A stretch of DNA of 64,000 bases from assembly GCF_009914755.1 (NCBI RefSeq), contig NC_060930.1; one strand, written 5' to 3'. The stretch comes from the human T2T-CHM13v2.0 reference genome, Homo sapiens. Shown piece by piece: positions 57,116-64,000 of the stretch (positions are counted from its first letter, which is position 1; each line of letters opens with the position of its first letter). A program made the translations under genes and the position numbers. The notes under the pieces are model-generated. The model saw only the letters and a program-made list of their open reading frames with translations, was not told the origin of the DNA and did no database searches.

Positions 57116-57464
57116 TGAGTAACATTGAAACAGAATTTTAGAGATTGTATTAACTAGCTTTTAAATGATGAGTTGGATTTATTTAAGGATTAAAGCATTT
57201 CTTGTAGAACAACTGAATGAACATAGGTATTGAGGAAGGAAGAGACATGAGGTGAGTGGGTCGGTGAGCAGATTTACCTGAATATAAAAGAGAAAGTGCA
57301 CTCTTACCAGTGGATGAACAAGAAAAGGTGGATTGTGGCAAGACTTAAAATGTAAAATTGGCAAACATCCTACTAAATTATTTTGATAACTTTAAACAGG
57401 AAAAACATCCTACTAAAATGAAAATCCATGCATAAATGCTTAATAGAAGCAGAAAACTTGAGTT

Positions 57465-57800
57465 TTTACCTACCTTGAATGTGTTCCCTATGAAGGAAGT
57501 GTTGGAAACTTAATCCCTAATGCAACAGTGTTCGGAGGAGTTTAGGTGAAGTGGAACCCTCGTGAGTAGATTAATGCTGTTATAAAAGGGCTTGAGGCTA
57601 CTGTTTAGATCTCTTTCTGTCTCTCACCTTCTCTTTGCCCTTCGTCCATGGGATGACACAGTAAGAGGGAGCTTGTGAGATGCTGGCCCCTTGATCTTGG
57701 ACTTCTCAGCCTCTAGAACTGTGAGGCAGTAAATACCTGTTCAGTGTAAATTATTCAGTCTCAGGCATTCTGCTATAGCATCACAGAATAGTCAAAGACA
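57465..57800 (+). mobile_element. MSTC/MSTD-like MaLR solo LTR
   Basis: gttggaaacttaatccctaatgcaacagtgtt...ccttgatcttggacttctcagcctctagaactgtgag...aaagaca. Confidence 0.85.
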
Positions 57801-58573
57801 GCTTTGTTGCTCATTCCATTTCCAATCTTTGGATTTTTGGCAAGTCATGGCCATGAGTTTCCTCATTTGCAAAGTGAAGGTACTCATATTTAGTCCAAAT
57901 GGCTGTGTGTGAAGGTTCTTGAAAGCTGAGAAAAACCTTCTGACAGTGTCTGTTCTTCAACCAATATTTAGTATGTGCCTGCTTTGAGACAGGAACTGGG
58001 CTAGTCATTTATGTCACAGAGATGATAGGGAATCATCTCACACACTGTAAGGGTTGGAGAATGGGAGGAGTGAATCAACATCGAGACCCAAAAATTACCA
58101 AACAATTTGGTAGGTGCTATTAAAGAGGTCATTACAAATAGTAGAAGAGAGAGTAATCGTGATAAAATATCACAGCATTTACAAAGAATTCTTTGGTAGC
58201 TCTTTACAGAATAAGTTAAAGAGGGAGGGACATCTAGTGTTAGGAAAGAGTTTGTAGCTCTACGTACTGATCCTGGGTCTAGAGTCAAACCCCTGAAACG
58301 AGGCACAGAAGGGGACTGAAAGAAAATTTGGAATTAAAAAGGTCAAGATACTGGAAGTCCAGAGAGTTCCATGGATCATTGCATACACAGTAAAATTCCC
58401 AAGAATAATGGCAAGACTAATCCTCATTTTAAAAGATATATCATGTAGAAATTATGTAGAAATTAGTTCTTGTTAATTAAGAGGACTGCCTTCAATCCTT
58501 GACTAGTGATCCTAGCTTGAAAGACAGATTTCAATAGGCAGTAGGTGTGTTCGTCACCTGCAGTGTGCTGCAT

Positions 58574-58739
58574 CAGTGCTTCTCAAACTTTAATATGCAC
58601 GGGAACCACCTGGAGTCTTGTTAACATGCAGATGATGATTAAGTCATTCTGGAGTGGGTCTTGGGGTTCTACATAGCTAAAAATCTCACAGGCAATGGCC
58701 ATGTTGCTAGTCCACCAGCTTGGCTGCATGGTTGCAAGG
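58574..58739. mobile_element. MER5B-like hAT transposon
   Basis: cagtgcttctcaaactttaatatgca...cacctgga...ttgttaacatgcagat. Confidence 0.75.
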
Positions 58740-58905
58740 TGCTACGTTTCTCAGTGTTACTTGCAAGTTTAATCACTTCTCAAAGCCCACTAAAGTGCTG
58801 AAAACAATGTTTTACAATCTTTGTAGTAATTATAATGGAAATAAACTAAACTAAACTGTTTTCATTTATTATTTTCTAATAATAAACCAGATATAAGAAT
58901 CTTAG

Positions 58906-59283
<378 letters not shown>

Positions 59284-62200
59284 TAGTGATTTCTTATACT
59301 CGGTTCCCTAACAATCTTTATTGAATATCAATAAAAGGGACAGTTGCAGTGTAACAGGCTACTAATATACGATTCCCCTTTTCTTATAATAACTTTATTT
59401 GCCAGAGCATTTGAAGTAACAGACAAAAAAGTTATAGGTATTAAGTTGAGTAAATTTAACTTTAAAATGATGAAAATAAACAAAAAGAGAATACTTAAAA
59501 TTTTTAGTTTTGTAAGACATTGGTTCTTACTAGAACTGTTGGGGTGGAAGAATAAGTCACCTAGCATTCAAAAAACACTTCTATGCATCTTAAATGCAAT
59601 CTTGACCCTAAAGGTGATTTTATGAATCACCTGTTTTTCATATTATTAGATGCATGTAGATTAATATAAATAGAATATTAGTAGTAAGAGTGAAATGTTA
59701 TAAAAATTCAAAAGACGGAGCTGATCAATTCATTTGAAGGAATCAAAAACCAATATGTGAACAAGGTTCCGTTAGAAATAGACCTCAAAGGATGGGAACT
59801 ATTTTCTTATGATATTTTAAAAGGTCATTATAAACTCATGACTTTTTAATAAATTTAATGTGCTGTGATAGTTTTTAGATATTACCCTTTTTGGCAAGCA
59901 GAGCCCAATCTTTGGCAAGTGGGAATTCTTTCGGTTGCTTCCATCCCCTAATGGGACCCTAGTAATCTTTCACAGCTTTGTTGCTCTCTGATCAAGATGT
60001 CTGGTCTGTGTTCATCTTAAATATTTCTTGCCCTAGACTTGGAATCATCATGGCAACATGGCAAAAAAATACATATATATTTTAAAAATGTAGATAGTCA
60101 AGGAAACTTTGAAAGGCAGAGGAAAGAATGTAAGTAAATAGTGAAGGCGTTTATACATATGGTTGGTTGAGATAGGGAAATGCTTCTGTGAGTCTGGCTG
60201 TAATTGGAGTAAGGAGGTGGAGAGTAGGCGATTGAAGGCAGAGTGTAAGGATGGGGAATTGGTTCTAAACATTTTTGGCAATAATAAATTATCTTATAAT
60301 TGTTATTTAACTTTTTTAAACACATGGAAGACTTGATTGCAATTAAATTTTAGCAAGGAAGATTTAAAGATAGTATGTTTGATGAGAAGATGTTGCAAAT
60401 AAATCAATTACAGATTATTGCAATAAATTTGAAAGTTGACAAAAATTGCAGGGGAATTGGGCAAGATTGGTTAGATGTGTGAGATTTTTTAGAGGTAAAA
60501 GACACAATATTTGGCTACTTGGTAAAAATTAGTAGTCAAAAATACTAATGAAACTTTGGAGTCTGAGAAAATAGTTTTCAATGGACTTTTGAAAGACAAG
60601 GAAGAATAACTGGGCTTGTGGGGACACTTTCATTTGGAAGATATTAAGTTAGGTAGGCATCCAAATATTAATGGCCAAAGACCAATGGGAAACTGAAGTC
60701 TGAAGCTGAAGGGAGAAAAGAGAGAGAGATTTGGTAGTTTTTGATATTGAGACTGCAACAAATCCATAGAACAGCATATTAATTTGGGAGATTGTACAGA
60801 AAGAGACAAAGATGGCTTATTAGATAATCTTGCATAATCTTTATCATTAAGGGGAAGAAAGACTATGAGGTATTGCTGAACAGGATTAAGAGAGAGATTT
60901 CATAGAGTTAGAAACAGTCAAGATAGTTTGGTAACATGCAAACTAAGAAGAGAGGTTCTCGAGGATGAACCAGTACTCAATTGAAAGATTGAATAAAAGA
61001 GGAAATTGGGAAAGAATAAATCTTAGGTTGCAGTTATGCACTTATTAACTCAATAAAGAATGTGATATGGATAGAATACCTTAATCATGGGACTGACCAC
61101 TGACCAGAAACTCTGTACCTGAGTTAGGAGAGTTAAGAGGTTGAAGTTGGAAAACCTTGTAGCCAAACAGGACCTGAGAGATGATGCACCTGGAATGGTT
61201 TATCATAGGGGAGCCGTTAACTAGACATGAGCAGTGCCCAAAGGCCAGATTCAGGATGCTAATAGGTGGTCAAGAGCTACAGACAAGGCAGACACAAGCG
61301 GATTCCCAGGACATGAAATGAATAAGCTAAACCATGTCCAGAGTGGAGAGAGATCATCACATGGCTGAATATTCTTTAGTCATCCTTGGGTGCCACTTTT
61401 CAATAGGAGCATGAGGTTCTTAAGCACAGTTTGGAAGTGATGGAGAGGTAGCCAGCTGAGCAGATGAGAAACTAGAATTAGAACAGGTAGTTTTGCAAGA
61501 TTTTTTTTTTTCAGTGAAGGGAAGGAAGAAATAGAGGCTTTAGGATGAAGTAGGTTCAAGGAAAGACTTTTATATTTGGTTAAAGGAGAATTGAGCATAT
61601 TTGTAGGCAGAGGAAAAGCATTCTGGAAAACATAGGGGATATGAGGATGGAAGTAAGAGGAAATAAGTGTCAAAAGAGATAGAAGAAAAAAACAGACAAC
61701 AGAAAAATATAGGCCAAACCAATTAAATTTTCCAAGTACTGGGCCCATTTTCTCATATGGTTTTCAAGATGCTATTGTGTTCATTATCACATAGGACCTG
61801 ATTAATGAGTAGTCTCAAGTTTATTTTAGTCTATTCGATTGGCAACTGGCTTGGATTCTAGGTGACATACAGGAAGATTTTTATTTACAAAGCTGGCACC
61901 ACTTGATCTTTATTCTGAGGAAAGGCATGTGGGCTGGTTGTACAGTAGTGATGCTGGATTTGCAATGAGGCAACAGTAATTTCTCAACTCAATTTTCCTT
62001 TAGACCATGGCCAAAACTATATTTTTCATATAGTTGCCAGAAAATTTTGGTACACTCCATAGCTATGGAAGAGAGAAAGCGGAACTGTCCCTGTGAGAGG
62101 CTGAGTATGAACACCAATCTTAGGAGCAAGATGTCATAACCACCAGGCTGTTTCTCATTGGGAAATGGGAAGATATATTTTCAGGATCACACTTTAACGA

Positions 62201-63431
62201 CTCTTGAATATGTCAGGTAGAATCATTATTTAGCTAGTACACAATTTCCAATTAAACTAATTAATTAAATGTCATACTCTTTTTCTATGAATCATATATC
62301 CTGCAGGCAACCTTTCAGATCATTCCTCTTGACATTGGATTTTAATTTAACCACTCAAGAAATGGCCGTCACCAATCAGGTTGCAATATTTACCTATCCA
62401 GTTACAATGGGTGGTTCATCTGGCAAGAATAAATATGCTATTGAAAAACAATTTCACAAATGACAGTTATCTTTTTTCCCTAAATTTGACTTTCTATGTA
62501 CCAGATGTTTCCATTCTGAATTTCTGAGAGAGGAAAACTCTTTTTATTTTATTTGTTTTTCCACCAGCTTGATGAGATGTATTTCATGTGCATCCTGGTG
62601 TCAGAAATTACTCATTCGAAAAATAGTAGTTGTATATGTTCGCTCTAGCAGGTATATAAAATCCATTGAGGAAGGTGGAGACCTCAGACACCTTTTAAAC
62701 TATCTGGTGATCTATAGGAACCCACTAAGGATATAAAAATAAAAGACTGAATAGGGCAGTCTTCTTCTTTCACTCACTTTGCTCATTTCTCTTCAGTGGG
62801 TTGGAGCTGAAGCTGGTAGTGGGGTTAATTCCTTGACTGTTCTGTCAAATGTTAGGCTCCAGTACACATACTTGTGTATATATGAACAACTGTTTTTTAA
62901 TAACCTGCCAAGAAGCTATAATCTTCCATTGCGGTCCCCTGGGATTTAATTAGAATGGTTTTCCACAGCCTGACATGTTTATGGGGCATAGGTAAAGAGA
63001 CAGTTCATAAAACTGTCAATTTCCTGAGAAATTAAAGAAAAATTGGGCTGCTTAGTGCTTTGGCAATTCTGTGCTGCTGATACCAGCATTGCAAGCAATG
63101 AAATCAAGGGAAACATAACAAGATACTGATGCATTAGATATGGGCAGGTTAAAAATAATGTACAAGGGCATTTGTCAATTTGAATGCATAAAGAAGAAAG
63201 TGGAGAAAGTAAACCATAAACTGGAGTAGCTTGACTTTGGGGTGTTTGGGAACGAAGTGAACACTGAACAATAGTTTATTTGCATCTGGAAGATTTATTA
63301 TTTTTCTTCTTAATAGACATGATCAAGAAATGAATTCTAGGGAGGATGTAGTCTCCCTAGGGGAATGATAATGTGATAAGCAGTGCCTTCATTTGGGAAT
63401 TCTTCATTTAAACTATTTTTGCCTCCTTTAG

Positions 63432-63480
63432 GTAAGTAAAAGTTATTAATCTTACACAGACACTGTCTTAAGAGAACCAG
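63432..63480 (+). other. Candidate recursive splice site (AG|GT at 63431/63432) and 49-nt RS-exon
   Basis: tttttgcctcctttAG|GTAAGT, with a downstream donor CAG|GTCTGT at 63480/63481. Confidence 0.35.
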
Positions 63481-63779
63481 GTCTGTTGAAACAAACGAGC
63501 CAATGTAAACTGGTCAGGCCTCTCTTTGCACTCTATCTTTAATCAACGTGTCCACTCTCTTTTACCCATCCTTCTCTGTGGCAGCTACTCATGATCACAA
63601 CACTGAATTTGCTCAGGTACTGCACCCAGCCTGCAGTAGGAAACAGAGCGATGTGACAGCAAGCATGATCTTGAGTATTAGACACAGTCAAGGAGTGTTC
63701 TTAGGGTTACTGGGGAAAGACTAATATTCAAGGAAGGTCTGCTTTATCTCAGGGACCGTACTGGGCAATTTTTGTGCAT

Positions 63780-63940
63780 TTCTCCATAGAATTCTCTCAA
63801 CGACCTTCTGAAGTAGGTATTATTTATCTCACTTTACATATGAGTGAAAGGACATATAGAAATGTTAAGCAATCTGTCCAAGATCATTCAACCAGGGACA
63901 GGTAGGCAGAGCTAGGATCAAGGAATCATTATCTATGCTT
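63780..63940 (-). mobile_element. MIR SINE
   Basis: gaagtaggtattatttatctcactttaca...gttaagcaatctgtccaagatca...ggcagagctaggat. Confidence 0.7.
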
Positions 63941-64000
63941 TTTTTACATAATATTATATTGCCTTTTAAAAAAGTAGTTATAAAATGGTGGAATATGTAT

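Overview
AT-rich simian (probably human) genomic DNA; AluY, THE1 and L1PA elements are present. It is a long intronic or intergenic stretch, roughly half made of decayed interspersed repeats: Alu, L1, L2, MIR, CR1, MaLR/ERVL LTRs, and Tigger and hAT DNA transposons. I can support no intact protein-coding gene, RNA gene or CRISPR array, and most of the longer listed ORFs lie within repeats. The most interesting non-repeat signals are splice architectures on the + strand: a frame-compatible 51-nt exon (190-240) with a 9-nt microexon (825-833), and a polypyrimidine-AG|GTAAGT junction at 63431/63432 matching a recursive ('ratchet') splice site with a candidate RS-exon. The repeats record several complex events: a twin-primed, 5'-inverted L1 with a nearby orphan copy of its own sequence; a ~105-bp L1 insertion with a mini 3' transduction; an L1-associated deletion plus junction duplication in a Tigger3; and a nested L1>MER1B>THE1 stack cut by a deletion. 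Subfamily names come from recalled consensus sequences, boundaries are approximate, and the host gene could not be identified.
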